Assembly: GCA_035914595.1 (NCBI GenBank)
Contig: JAMIQN010000027.1
Span: 1-43,301 of the forward strand
Direction of reading: 5' to 3'
Length of the DNA: 43,301 bases
Source: Chitinophagaceae bacterium
GTDB lineage: Bacteria > Bacteroidota > Bacteroidia > Chitinophagales > Chitinophagaceae
The position numbers and the translations under genes are program-made. The notes beneath the pieces are model-generated. The model did no database searches, had not been told where the DNA came from, and worked only from the letters and a program-made list of their open reading frames with translations. Positions within the stretch are counted from its first letter, which is position 1. The number at the start of each line of letters is the position of its first letter. Positions 18,023 through 27,268 of this stretch are shown one piece after another.

Positions 18023-19252
18023 TTAACCGGCGTGCATATCGCCATAAGCATACTCACTGAGATACTCAAAATGTGGGGTGAGTTTTCCAGCCTTGCAGAT
18101 GGTGGCGCGGTCAATGAGATCGCTCTCTTCGCGAAGCAATTCATGAAGGACATACTTCTCCAGGTGTGTCCCGAAGTGAGCGGAAGCATCGCGGGGCAAT
18201 TCGTTGGGCAGGTTGTCCACCGCCATGATGTCCACACAGGCATCGTCATTTTGAAAAGGACGACAACGCTCGCCGGTAAATCGGTTTACTCCATACACAG
18301 GATCTGCAATGGTGGAAGCCCCGAGGTTGAGCGGAACGGAGCCATCGGCATCGCAGGTGATGTCGGCGATGGTATGGAGCCGAAAGCCGGGCTGTGCCGC
18401 TTCTCCTTTTTCAAAAAGGCGCGGCACCTGACGGTCCCAGTAGATGCCGTTCATCAGAATATCGGCGCGCTGCAGGTAGGGTTGAAAGAGGCACCGGTAG
18501 TCGGCAGGGTGGGCGTGAAAATCTTCGCGGCCGTAGCGGCCATTGTCCTTGCGCACATACAGCGAAGGCCCTTTCAGATGGGTATAGACCGGGTAGGCGT
18601 AATCATTTTCCAGAAAATCTTCCGGCTCGATGTACTCCACGTCCAGACTGTTCATGATTTCGAGGATGCCTGCCGTCACCTTGCCTCCGCCCGTAACGAC
18701 GATGCGCAGCGGCGGCAGCGACAGATCATCATACACCGAGCGGATGCCATCGAGCGAGCCAATCTGGTGTGCGGAAGGCAGACTGAATTTGCCGGTACGG
18801 CGCCCATAACTGAGCAGTCCATTATGCGCCCCGACGATGCCCGCGAAGAAGCCAAAGCCCAAAATGCGCTGGCCATCGGTGTGGGTGAGGCATTCATAAT
18901 CCACGAGGCGAATGCCTTTTTGAATCATGGCCTGCATAAGGCCCCGGTTGTAGGGTTGGGCTTTCTTGGTGTGCGAAAAGAAGAGGTAAGTCTTGTCCGG
19001 AATCAGGTCATCAATGCGAACCTCTTTAATACCTAACAGAATGTCGCAATGGCTGAGGTCGTCCAGCAGGGGAATGCCTTCATGGCGATACTCGTCATCG
19101 CTGAAACAGCGGGTGGGGGAGCGTTGTGCAACGATACTCAGGCCGGGGGTGCTTTTCATCAGTTCCCGACACTGTCGGGGCGTCAATGCAACGCGGTTAT
19201 CGGGTGGGGTTTTGCCTTCACGAACAAGGCCGATGCGGGTAGCTCGGTACAT
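18023..19252 (-). CDS. Stand-alone lysine-ketoglutarate reductase-like oxidoreductase (AlaDH/PNT superfamily; saccharopine dehydrogenase, L-lysine-forming type)
   Basis: KTYLFFSHTKKAQPYN, IRLVDYE, VTGGGKVTAG (Rossmann), MNGIYWDRQVPRL, IADITCDADGS and AVDNLPNELP follow the lysine-ketoglutarate reductase (LKR) domain pattern of eukaryotic AASS. Start is the ATG at 19252 (MYRATRIGLVREGK). Confidence 0.8.
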   Translation of the reverse strand: MYRATRIGLVREGKTPPDNRVALTPRQCRELMKSTPGLSIVAQRSPTRCFSDDEYRHEGIPLLDDLSHCDILLGIKEVRIDDLIPDKTYLFFSHTKKAQPYNRGLMQAMIQKGIRLVDYECLTHTDGQRILGFGFFAGIVGAHNGLLSYGRRTGKFSLPSAHQIGSLDGIRSVYDDLSLPPLRIVVTGGGKVTAGILEIMNSLDVEYIEPEDFLENDYAYPVYTHLKGPSLYVRKDNGRYGREDFHAHPADYRCLFQPYLQRADILMNGIYWDRQVPRLFEKGEAAQPGFRLHTIADITCDADGSVPLNLGASTIADPVYGVNRFTGERCRPFQNDDACVDIMAVDNLPNELPRDASAHFGTHLEKYVLHELLREESDLIDRATICKAGKLTPHFEYLSEYAYGDMHAG

Positions 19253-19255
19253 TTG
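19248..19255 (+). promoter_or_regulatory. -7 box TACATTTG for hscB
   Basis: Exact TAnnTTTG match 17 nt upstream of the hscB ATG (19273). It overlaps the start codon of the divergent LKR-like gene. Confidence 0.45.
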
Positions 19256-19259
19256 CGCG

Positions 19260-19267
19260 CAAAGATA
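19260..19267 (-). promoter_or_regulatory. -7 box TATCTTTG (- strand) for the LKR-like gene
   Basis: The + strand reads CAAAGATA. It is an exact TAnnTTTG on the - strand, 7 nt upstream of the ATG at 19252. Confidence 0.4.
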
Positions 19268-19272
19268 GAACC

Positions 19273-19764
19273 ATGCCTTCCGCGCCTGATTTCTTTGCGC
19301 TTTTTGATATAATTCCAACCCTTCGACCCAATCTCCCGGCCCTGCGCAAACGCTTTTATGAACTGAGTCGCCAATACCATCCGGATCGCTTTCCTGCCAA
19401 TGATGAGACCGCCCAGCAGGAGGCGCTCAACCAGACGGCCATTCTCAACAAAGCCTACCTGACCCTGAGCGATGAAGATGCATTGTTGGGTTACGTGCTT
19501 CGACGGGAAGGCGTTGTTGAGGATGAAGAGCACTATCAATTGCCGCCCGATTTTCTGATGGAAATGATGGAGCTGAATGAAGCCATTGGCGAAGGGAGCG
19601 GTCAGACGGAACTGGCACAGGCTCTCGAAAGTTGGGAAACAGGCATGGCGCCCCTGCGGGATAAATACGATAGCGGCGCCCGCGATGCAACACTTCTGGC
19701 AGCGATGAAAGACTATTATTTCCGCAAGAAATACCTGCAGCGGATTAAAGGTCGTTTGGCATAG
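19273..19764 (+). CDS. hscB: J-type Fe-S cluster co-chaperone HscB
   Basis: 163 aa. N-terminal J-like domain with DFFALFDI...LRKRFYELSRQYHPDRF (HPD), then LMEMMELNEAI and a helical C-terminal domain, as in HscB. Confidence 0.8.
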   Translation: MPSAPDFFALFDIIPTLRPNLPALRKRFYELSRQYHPDRFPANDETAQQEALNQTAILNKAYLTLSDEDALLGYVLRREGVVEDEEHYQLPPDFLMEMMELNEAIGEGSGQTELAQALESWETGMAPLRDKYDSGARDATLLAAMKDYYFRKKYLQRIKGRLA

Positions 19765-19818
19765 ATTTGCGCCCCGATTCGAAGTATGCTGCGGCCCTCA
19801 AGCCCCGGCTGCAACGAG

Positions 19819-19902
19819 GCCCAGATGGCGGAACTGGTAGACGCGCTAGACTCAAAATCTTGTTTCGGAAACGGAGTGCAGGTTCGATTCCTGTTCTGGG
19901 CA
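19819..19902 (+). tRNA. tRNA-Leu (anticodon CAA), long variable arm, no encoded CCA
   Basis: Acceptor stem GCCCAGA/TCTGGGC with discriminator A. D arm is GCG-GAACTGGTAGA-CGC. Anticodon arm is CTAGA-CTCAAAA-TCTTG, with CAA at 19853-19855 and one T.T mismatch. Variable arm is TTCG-GAAA-CGGA. T arm is GCAGG-TTCGATT-CCTGT. Confidence 0.9.
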
Positions 19903-19913
19903 CAAACGAATGG

Positions 19914-19942
19914 AGGCTGTCTGAAAAAGACAGCCTTTTTTC
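19914..19942 (+). terminator. Intrinsic terminator after tRNA-Leu
   Basis: AGGCTGTC (19914-19921), loop tgaaaaa, GACAGCCT (19929-19936), followed by a T run. Confidence 0.7.
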
Positions 19943-20113
19943 ATGCAATGATGAAAAGGCGCACCTGTATGAATGCCTTTTGAACGCAGCGCCAACGAGG
20001 CTTGCACATCAAGAAAAAACGCCATAGACGGCACGCGACGCGGATGCGGTGAAAGCCGCGAAGACTGTGGCTGCCTCGCATTTGCAGGCTCCGAAGGCCG
20101 CTCCATTTCCCGC

Positions 20114-20121
20114 TATCTTTG
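20114..20121 (+). promoter_or_regulatory. -7 box TATCTTTG upstream of the TonB-dependent receptor gene
   Basis: Exact TAnnTTTG 54 nt upstream of the ATG at 20176. I found no well-spaced -33 TTTG. Confidence 0.4.
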
Positions 20122-20175
20122 GCCGCCTTTGCCCGTGCATTTTTCTGTAAGTAGGCTACGTGGCTTTCCTTTTTT

Positions 20176-22503
20176 ATGAAATACGCGCTTTCACTCTTTC
20201 TCTTTCTATTCTTCTCCTACACAGGATTTGCTCAGTCCGGAACCGTCAAAGGTTTTGTCTATGAAAAAGGCAGTGGTGAGCCGGTGATTTACACCAATGT
20301 CTGGCTGCTGGGCACCGGCTATGGTGTGCAAACAGACGTGAACGGCTATTTCTCTATCAGCGGTGTGCCGGCGGGAACATACACCCTCATCTCCACTCAA
20401 ATCGGATATGATTCGACGACCAAGAGCGTCACGGTGAAGCCGGGTAGCATCATTACCCAAAAACTCTTTCTGGACCGCTCGGGCGTGGCCCTCGAAGATG
20501 TGGTTGTTTCCGGCCGCAAACAGGAAAGGCGCACCCTCGTCAATGCGGGAGTGACCACGGTGACGCCCCGTGAAATGAAGATGCTGCCGTCAGCAGGTGG
20601 CGAGCCGGATATTGCACAATACTTACAGGTGACGCCGGGGGTTGTGTTTACAGGTGATCAGGGCGGTCAGCTCTACATCCGCGGAGGCGCACCTTCTCAA
20701 ACCGGCATCCTGCTGGATGGGGTAACGATCTACAACCCTTTTCACAGCATCGGCCTCTATTCTGTATTCGAAACTGACGCGATCCGCAGCGTGGATATCC
20801 AAAGTGCGGGCTTCAATGCACAGTACGGCAACCGGACCTCAGCTATTCTGGATATTCATACCAAAGACGGAAATAAAAATCGCACGGCAGGCAAGCTTTC
20901 AGTGTCGCCGATCATGGCACGTGCTATGCTGGAAGGCCCGCTGGCCAAACCCAAAACGGAAGACGGCAGTGCAATCACTTACCTGCTGAGCGTGAAGCAT
21001 AGCTATCTTGATAAAACGTCGAAAGCATTGTATGGAGGCTTTGGCGAGCCTTTTTCCAATGGCCTCCCATATTCTTTTACGGACCTGTATGGCAAGATTA
21101 CATTCAGTGGCTCCAGCGGCTCTAAGCTCAATTTGTTTGGTTTCAACTTCGACGATAAGGCTCAGTTTCTGAAACCGCACACGGAAACGGCCACTGCAGA
21201 TTTTCGCTGGACGGCCACGGGTGGAGGAGCCACCTTCGTCGTATCGCCCGCCGGTTCTTCTGCCCTTATTGACGGCAAGTTTGCGTATTCCAAATACGGA
21301 ATGGACTATAATGAAGTGGCGAACGATCCACGCCACAGCGACATTTCCGGCTTTGAAGGCGGCATCAACTTCACCAACTTCCTGCCGGGCTACAGCCAGT
21401 TTAAATATGGCCTCGAGGTGAGCGGTCTCGCTACGACTCTGAGCTATTTCAACAATTACGGCTACGCCACGACGCTCGATCGCCGGAACACGATTGCCTC
21501 GCTGTTCGCCATTTTCAGAAAGAACTTCAACGAGAAGCTGATTATAGAACCCGGATTGCGTATTCAGTACTATGCTACGCTGGACAAATTTTCACCGGAG
21601 CCTCGTATTGGGATGAAGTACAACCTTACGGACAACATTCGCCTGAAAGCCGCTGCAGGCCTGTATTCCCAGAATATCATCTCGACAAAAAGCGACCGTG
21701 ATATCGTCAACTTCTTTACCGGATTTCTGCTGAGCCCGGACCGCACTGTGTACAAGAATCCCGCGACTGCTTCAGACCCGGTTGAATCCAATTTGATGAC
21801 TGCCTACCATATCCTTGGCGGTGTGGAAATAGACATTCGAGATGTGGAACTGAACCTGGAACCCTGGTACAAAAATTTCACACAAAACTTCGAGCTGAAT
21901 CGCTACAAAGGCCAGGTTTATGCCAACGGCACGATTGATAATAACGACTTCGTGTTTGAAACCGGCAAAGCTTACGGCGTGGACCTCTCCGCCAAATATT
22001 CAAAGCATCGCGTGTATTTGTGGGGTGTACTTAGCTATCAGTATGTAGATCGTACCGATTTCATGCAGACCTATCCGCCTCCCTTCGACCGTCGCTTCAA
22101 TGCCAATTTCCTCGGTTCTTATCAGGCCGGCAAGCATAAAGACATTGAGCTGTCGCTGCGCTACAATCTCGGTTCACCCTTCCCCTTCACGCAAACCCAG
22201 GGCTTCTATGAAAGCCTGAGCCTGATATCAAGCGGTGTGGGCACCAATTACCTGCAACAAAACGGACAGCTCGGCTTGCTGTATGCAAGTGAAATAAATG
22301 GAGGCCGCCTTTCCTACTACCATCGCGTAGATGTGTCCGCTAAAAAGCGGTTCCGCATTTCGAAGGAATCTAACGTAGAGACGACCCTCAGCATCACCAA
22401 TGTCTTCAACCGGAACAACATCTTTTATGTGAACCGGATTGACAACACACGTGTGTATCAGCTACCCATCTTCCCAAGCCTTAACGTAACCTGGAATTTC
22501 TAA
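20176..22503 (+). CDS. TonB-dependent receptor-like outer membrane protein with an N-terminal CarboxypepD_reg domain
   Basis: Signal peptide MKYALSLFLFLFFSYTGFA/Q. The CarboxypepD_reg pattern is GTVKGFVYEKGSGEPVIYTNVWL...TDVNGYFSISGVPAGTYTL. The plug region is ...PGVVFTGDQGGQLYIRGGAPSQTGILLDGVTIYNPFH. A long beta-barrel ends in the aromatic ...NVTWNF. Confidence 0.85.
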   Translation: MKYALSLFLFLFFSYTGFAQSGTVKGFVYEKGSGEPVIYTNVWLLGTGYGVQTDVNGYFSISGVPAGTYTLISTQIGYDSTTKSVTVKPGSIITQKLFLDRSGVALEDVVVSGRKQERRTLVNAGVTTVTPREMKMLPSAGGEPDIAQYLQVTPGVVFTGDQGGQLYIRGGAPSQTGILLDGVTIYNPFHSIGLYSVFETDAIRSVDIQSAGFNAQYGNRTSAILDIHTKDGNKNRTAGKLSVSPIMARAMLEGPLAKPKTEDGSAITYLLSVKHSYLDKTSKALYGGFGEPFSNGLPYSFTDLYGKITFSGSSGSKLNLFGFNFDDKAQFLKPHTETATADFRWTATGGGATFVVSPAGSSALIDGKFAYSKYGMDYNEVANDPRHSDISGFEGGINFTNFLPGYSQFKYGLEVSGLATTLSYFNNYGYATTLDRRNTIASLFAIFRKNFNEKLIIEPGLRIQYYATLDKFSPEPRIGMKYNLTDNIRLKAAAGLYSQNIISTKSDRDIVNFFTGFLLSPDRTVYKNPATASDPVESNLMTAYHILGGVEIDIRDVELNLEPWYKNFTQNFELNRYKGQVYANGTIDNNDFVFETGKAYGVDLSAKYSKHRVYLWGVLSYQYVDRTDFMQTYPPPFDRRFNANFLGSYQAGKHKDIELSLRYNLGSPFPFTQTQGFYESLSLISSGVGTNYLQQNGQLGLLYASEINGGRLSYYHRVDVSAKKRFRISKESNVETTLSITNVFNRNNIFYVNRIDNTRVYQLPIFPSLNVTWNF

Positions 22504-22532
22504 CGCACAGCAGCCAAACCCCTTTTCTGCTC

Positions 22533-25500
22533 ATGCTTCTGAAGCGTTCGTTTCTTTCATGCTGTATTGCTTTTGCTGCCCTGCCCTTCGTAGCTCCTGC
22601 TCAGGAGCTGACGCGCTTTCAACCAGCCTACGACGCCGCTTTTCGTGCCCATGATGATATGGAGCAAAAGCTGTGGTCACTTGCCGGACAAACGGCGAAA
22701 AACGGCCTGAGCAACGCGCTCCTCACCACTGAAATTGGCAACACCGACCCACAGACAAGTGCTGCCTACATACACGCCCTCAGCAGGCTGAAAATCCAGT
22801 CGCCCGCAGCCGTTGATTCAGCAAAAAAAGTACTGGCAGGCCTGACGGCGCGCCCTCTTCGTGACCGCCTGTCGCTGGCCATTGCACGTTATTATTTCGT
22901 GCAGGGAAAATTGGCTGCAGCCATCCCTTATTACAGAAGTGCCGGCATCGCCAACCTCAACAATGTGGAGATTGCAGATGCAAAATTTGAGTTGGCCTAT
23001 TGCTACTTCAACAACCATCAGTTTGCCGAAGCCGACACCCTGCTGAGCATCATGAAAGAGGTGCCTGGCAAGTATTACAGCCCCGGAAACTACTACTACG
23101 GCCTGCTTGCTTACACCCAGGGGAAATATGATGCGGCGCTGAAAAGCTTTGGACGCATTCGCGATGAAGGCATCTACAAACCGGTGGTGCCTTACTATAT
23201 GGCGGAGATTTATTACTTCAAAGGCGACCGCCAGAAGGCCCTGGACGAAGCACTTCGTCTGCTGAAGCCGGGCGTGCAATCCTATTATGAGAATGAGTTG
23301 CACCTGCTCGCTGCGCAATGCCTTTTTGAAGGAGGCAGGTTTGGTGAAGCCTTGCCCTATTTCGAGTATTACTACAATCATTCAGAGAAGCTGCGCAAGG
23401 AAGACCTCTATGAGATGGGCTACTCTTACTACCGTGTGGAGGAATGGGCAAGCGCCATTGCGCGTTTCAAGCCGCTGAGTGTGATGCAGGATTCACTGGG
23501 GCAAACGGCCATGTATCTGCTCGGTGATTGCTATCTCAAGACTGGCGACAAAGCGGGAGCAAGAAATGCTTTTGGCATTGCTGCCACGATGCCTTTCAAT
23601 GCGGCGCAACGCGAAGCCGCCCTGCTGCTGCATGCCAAGCTCTGCTACGAAACAGGATTCTCGGATGAGGCGATGCGAAGTGTGCGCAGCCTCCTCAGCG
23701 ATTTTCCGAACAGCACTTTCATTGGTGCTGCCAGGCTGCTGCAGTCACAGCTATATCTGGAAACAAGCAACTACAAAGACGCTTACACTGCACTGTTGGC
23801 ATCGCCATCTATCGGCCCCGATTATGAGCGCAGCCGACAGCGCGCTGCATACGGTTATGCCATGCAGCAAATTCAGTCCGGCGACTGGGAGCAGGCGGGC
23901 CGGCTGCTGAATGATGCCCTGAATCCCGCTGCGGCGCCAGCTTACACTGCCGCTGCTCAGTTTTGGAAGGCTGAGGTAGCCTACCGTCAATATCATTTCG
24001 ATTCGGCTGCTGCTTATGATCGAGCTTTCCTGGCCAACCCATCTCATTCGGAAGCACCTTTCATCAGTGCCGCTGCAACGGCAGCACATGCTTCTTCTAC
24101 GCTCGGCTATTCGCTGATGCAACTGAAAGAATATGGTGCTGCCCAGGCGGCTTTTGCCCAGGCCAAAACAGCCGGTACAGGCGCTGGCTCTGCCAACGCT
24201 GCCTTGCGTGAAGCAGATGCCTATTTCATGCAAAAGGAATTTGCGAAAGCAGCCCCACTTTATCAGGCTGCGGCTGTAGGCGTAGGCGCTGATGCGGATT
24301 ATGCGCGTTTGCAGTCGGCGGTCATTGCTGGGCTGCGGGGTGATAATGCAGGCAAGATGCGTTTGCTGAATCAAATCATTCAGGCAGTGCCTGCGTCGTC
24401 CTATGCAGACGAAGCCCGCTACGAATTAGGCGTGACGCAAATTGCGGTGGCCTCTTATGAAGATGCGCTCGCAACACTCAATCCACTTGCTGCTTCAGGC
24501 GGTCGTTTTGCAGCCAAAGCCCTTTTGAAAATCGGTATCGTACAGCAGCAGATCAATAAAGACGATGAGGCGCTTGAAAGCTTTCGCAAATTGCTCCGCA
24601 GCTACCCGGCCGCACCGGAACGTGCCGATGCGCTGGCAGCCTGCAAGAGCATTTTTATTGAGCGCAATCAACCAGATGCCTATCTGAGTCTGCTCAATGA
24701 CTTGAAGCTGCCACAGGCCAGCGATGCGGAGATGGAGACTGCCTATTACAATGCTGCTGAATTGCAGTTTTCATCCGCAAACTGGGCAGATGCAGCAGCA
24801 GGATTCAGGAAGTATTTGAACCATTTCCCTGCGGGCATGAAGTCGGTGAAGGCACGCTATTACCTCGCCACTAGTCTGTACAATGGAAAGAATTTTCCCG
24901 CTGCTAAAAGTGCTTATGACAGTGTGCTGCAGCAGGGGTGGAATCCCTATTCGGAAGAAAGCGCTTTGCGTGCTGCAGAGCTGTCTGTGAGCGACACGGC
25001 CTGGCAGGATGCCGCGAAATACTATGGCATGGTAGCTGCCAACGCCACCACTCCCGCAGCGCGACTTCGGGCGTTTGCTGGCTTGATGCGCAGTGCCGAT
25101 AAGATGAATCAGATGCAGGACGCGACACGCTATGCTGATAGTGTTCTTGCCTTCGGTGAAATTCCTTCTGCCCTGCGTGATGAAGCCAATCTGAACATCG
25201 TTCGTAGCCGAATCAATGCCGGTGACACTTTGGGCTTGGACACGGTATTGCGGCCTTTGCTGAAAAGCGAAAACGCGGCTGTTGCTGCGGAAGCAGGCTA
25301 CCGCTGGGCGCAGTCTTTATTTAAAAAAGGAAGTCTGAAAGAATCGGAAGCCGCAGCCGGTGATAATATCCGACGCAGCTCCGGCTATGAATGGTGGCTG
25401 GTGAAAACCTACCTCTTGCTGGGGGATATTTCGATGGCGCGGAAAGACTATTTCAATGCCCGAGCCACCTTCCAGAGCGTGGTGCGCAATACCCGCATTG

Positions 25501-25577
25501 CAGAGCTGAAAGCCTATGCCCAGCAGCGTTTAGCCGACTTGAAGCAGCTTGATAAATCAAAACTTTCCAACGAGTAA
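22533..25577 (+). CDS. Large secreted tetratricopeptide-repeat (TPR) protein (1014 aa)
   Basis: Signal peptide ...ALPFVAPA/QE. It is Ala/Tyr/Leu-rich with a 34-aa helical-repeat periodicity throughout (for example AKFELAYCYFNNHQFAEA, YYYGLLAYTQGKYDAALKSF, EMGYSYYRVEEWASAIARF). It starts 29 nt after the TBDR stop. Confidence 0.85.
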   Translation: MLLKRSFLSCCIAFAALPFVAPAQELTRFQPAYDAAFRAHDDMEQKLWSLAGQTAKNGLSNALLTTEIGNTDPQTSAAYIHALSRLKIQSPAAVDSAKKVLAGLTARPLRDRLSLAIARYYFVQGKLAAAIPYYRSAGIANLNNVEIADAKFELAYCYFNNHQFAEADTLLSIMKEVPGKYYSPGNYYYGLLAYTQGKYDAALKSFGRIRDEGIYKPVVPYYMAEIYYFKGDRQKALDEALRLLKPGVQSYYENELHLLAAQCLFEGGRFGEALPYFEYYYNHSEKLRKEDLYEMGYSYYRVEEWASAIARFKPLSVMQDSLGQTAMYLLGDCYLKTGDKAGARNAFGIAATMPFNAAQREAALLLHAKLCYETGFSDEAMRSVRSLLSDFPNSTFIGAARLLQSQLYLETSNYKDAYTALLASPSIGPDYERSRQRAAYGYAMQQIQSGDWEQAGRLLNDALNPAAAPAYTAAAQFWKAEVAYRQYHFDSAAAYDRAFLANPSHSEAPFISAAATAAHASSTLGYSLMQLKEYGAAQAAFAQAKTAGTGAGSANAALREADAYFMQKEFAKAAPLYQAAAVGVGADADYARLQSAVIAGLRGDNAGKMRLLNQIIQAVPASSYADEARYELGVTQIAVASYEDALATLNPLAASGGRFAAKALLKIGIVQQQINKDDEALESFRKLLRSYPAAPERADALAACKSIFIERNQPDAYLSLLNDLKLPQASDAEMETAYYNAAELQFSSANWADAAAGFRKYLNHFPAGMKSVKARYYLATSLYNGKNFPAAKSAYDSVLQQGWNPYSEESALRAAELSVSDTAWQDAAKYYGMVAANATTPAARLRAFAGLMRSADKMNQMQDATRYADSVLAFGEIPSALRDEANLNIVRSRINAGDTLGLDTVLRPLLKSENAAVAAEAGYRWAQSLFKKGSLKESEAAAGDNIRRSSGYEWWLVKTYLLLGDISMARKDYFNARATFQSVVRNTRIAELKAYAQQRLADLKQLDKSKLSNE

Positions 25578-25581
25578 GCAC

Positions 25582-27225
25582 ATGTCCAAGCATATTACCG
25601 GACTCACAGTTGCGTTGCTGGCATTGCTCGCTTTTCAGGCGGATGCACAACGACGCAGCGACACGACTATCAAGGGTACTACCCTTGAAGTGTATCAGGT
25701 GTATGAGCCGGAGATGAAGCCGATTCAGAAACCTAATTACACTGCCGCACCGCCTCCTGCCAACCGCGAGCCGGTGCCACAGCAGTACGAGGTGCCACAG
25801 CAAACGTTACTCTATTCTTACCCTGCATTGCCCTTGCGCCCGCTCGCCCTCGGCAAAGACACAGGCAGTCTGCCGCCACAGAATTATGTCCTACTGGGTG
25901 GAGGAAATCTTTCTACCATTCTTGCAGAAGCAGGCCTGGGAAATTTGCATGGCGACAACTGGAAAGCGAACGTGTCAGCCCGTTATCTGAGCCAACAGGG
26001 TGCGCAGGAGAATCAGCTTTTCCGTGATTTTTTTCTGAGCGGTGATGGCACGGTGCAAGTCGGAACAAATGTGGTGGAAGCCGGTCTGGATGTCGGTCGC
26101 AAAGTCTATGGGCGATATGGTTACGACCACGATGTCCTACGCTACGACCGCGATTCTGTGCGCATGAAATATGATCATGCCGGACTGAGCCTGGGTATGT
26201 ACAATACCGAACCGGGGCCGTGGGGAATTGCTTATCATCCGACGTTTCAGTTCATGGCCTGGGATGGTGCGCAGGGCCACGAAACAGACCTCAACCTTTA
26301 TGCACCTGCTACAAAATTTCTGGATTCCTCCTTCTCTCTTGGCTTGGCGCTCAATCTGCGTCTGGCTTGGAATTCGTTGGCATCATTGCCCGATCCCGCT
26401 CAGAGCAGCCACGTGTTTCAGTTGACACCATTCGCAGATTTTCATCGCGAAGGTTTCAGCATTCATGCAGCCGTTTCGCCTACCTGGAGTCAGGGGGCTG
26501 AGCTGCTCTGGCTACCTGACATCCGGCTACGCTATCAGTTCTGGAATGATCGTCTGGGCATTGCTCTGGGTTGGAAAGCAGATCGAGTTCAGAACACCCT
26601 GCAGCAGCTCAGCATCGTGAATCCCTATCTATTTCCGGGCGATTTTGATATTCATCAAACGACCCGCCATGAAGTCTTTGGCCGTTTCGATTTGGCAGTG
26701 GGCAACCATCTCAGCATTTGGGGCAATGCATCCTGGCAGCAGAACGATGTGTTGCCGCTTTACATCACTCGTCCGGGCAGCGATGGCAAGGATCTCAGCC
26801 TGATCTATGATGATGATGTGCGAGCCATTTGCTGGGGCGGCGGATTGCGGTATCAGTTGGGTGAATACCTCGCAATTGGCGCCGAAGGGCAATGGAGCAA
26901 TTACTACCAACAGGCCTATTTGCGACATCCTTATGGACTGCCGGCGGTTCGCCTGCGCGGCAATATCTATTGGACGCCCGCCAGAGGATTATCGCTGTCG
27001 AGCTACATGGAAGTGCTGGACGAAATATGGGCACTGAATGCAGTGGGGCAGGACGTACATCTGCGTGGTGTTTTCGATTTTGGGGCAGCCTTGGAATACA
27101 ATTTTGTTTCGAAGTTGTCCGTCTTCCTCCGCGCAGAAAATCTGTTAGGTCGGCACAACGAGCGCTGGCTGGATTACCCTTCCTTTGGCTTCAATATTTA
27201 CGGCGGAATCCGCTTCCGTTTTTAG
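25582..27225 (+). CDS. Outer-membrane beta-barrel protein (putative porin-like, hypothetical)
   Basis: The ATG at 25582 is 4 nt after the TPR stop. Signal peptide is MSKHITGLTVALLALLAFQADA/Q. The sequence has an alternating amphipathic beta-strand pattern, is rich in Y/G/W, and ends in ...YGGIRFRF (C-terminal Phe typical of outer membrane proteins). Confidence 0.7.
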   Translation: MSKHITGLTVALLALLAFQADAQRRSDTTIKGTTLEVYQVYEPEMKPIQKPNYTAAPPPANREPVPQQYEVPQQTLLYSYPALPLRPLALGKDTGSLPPQNYVLLGGGNLSTILAEAGLGNLHGDNWKANVSARYLSQQGAQENQLFRDFFLSGDGTVQVGTNVVEAGLDVGRKVYGRYGYDHDVLRYDRDSVRMKYDHAGLSLGMYNTEPGPWGIAYHPTFQFMAWDGAQGHETDLNLYAPATKFLDSSFSLGLALNLRLAWNSLASLPDPAQSSHVFQLTPFADFHREGFSIHAAVSPTWSQGAELLWLPDIRLRYQFWNDRLGIALGWKADRVQNTLQQLSIVNPYLFPGDFDIHQTTRHEVFGRFDLAVGNHLSIWGNASWQQNDVLPLYITRPGSDGKDLSLIYDDDVRAICWGGGLRYQLGEYLAIGAEGQWSNYYQQAYLRHPYGLPAVRLRGNIYWTPARGLSLSSYMEVLDEIWALNAVGQDVHLRGVFDFGAALEYNFVSKLSVFLRAENLLGRHNERWLDYPSFGFNIYGGIRFRF

Positions 27226-27268
27226 CTTCACCCCTCCTTACTTTTCACGCCCTTTCTCGTTTTTCCGC

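Noticed and set aside
15876-19252. The idea that the LKR-like gene and the downstream aldehyde dehydrogenase form a lysine/saccharopine catabolic operon
   Set aside because: The aldehyde dehydrogenase is collinear with E. coli PaaZ, including the C-terminal MaoC hydratase domain. It is not an ALDH7-type aminoadipate-semialdehyde dehydrogenase. The genes are separated by 89 nt.
19943-20175. A possible riboswitch (cobalamin-like) in the 233-nt GC-rich leader between tRNA-Leu and the TonB-dependent receptor gene. It contains ggtgaaagccgcgaagactgtggctgcc and a second hairpin, AAAAGGC-N14-GCCTTTT, at 19954-19981.
   Set aside because: The segment only loosely resembles parts of the B12 element. 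I cannot find the conserved core (GGGAA, the CCCGCnAC-type junction, a clean B12 box) or any other riboswitch signature by eye. It needs a covariance-model scan (Rfam/Infernal) before any claim.
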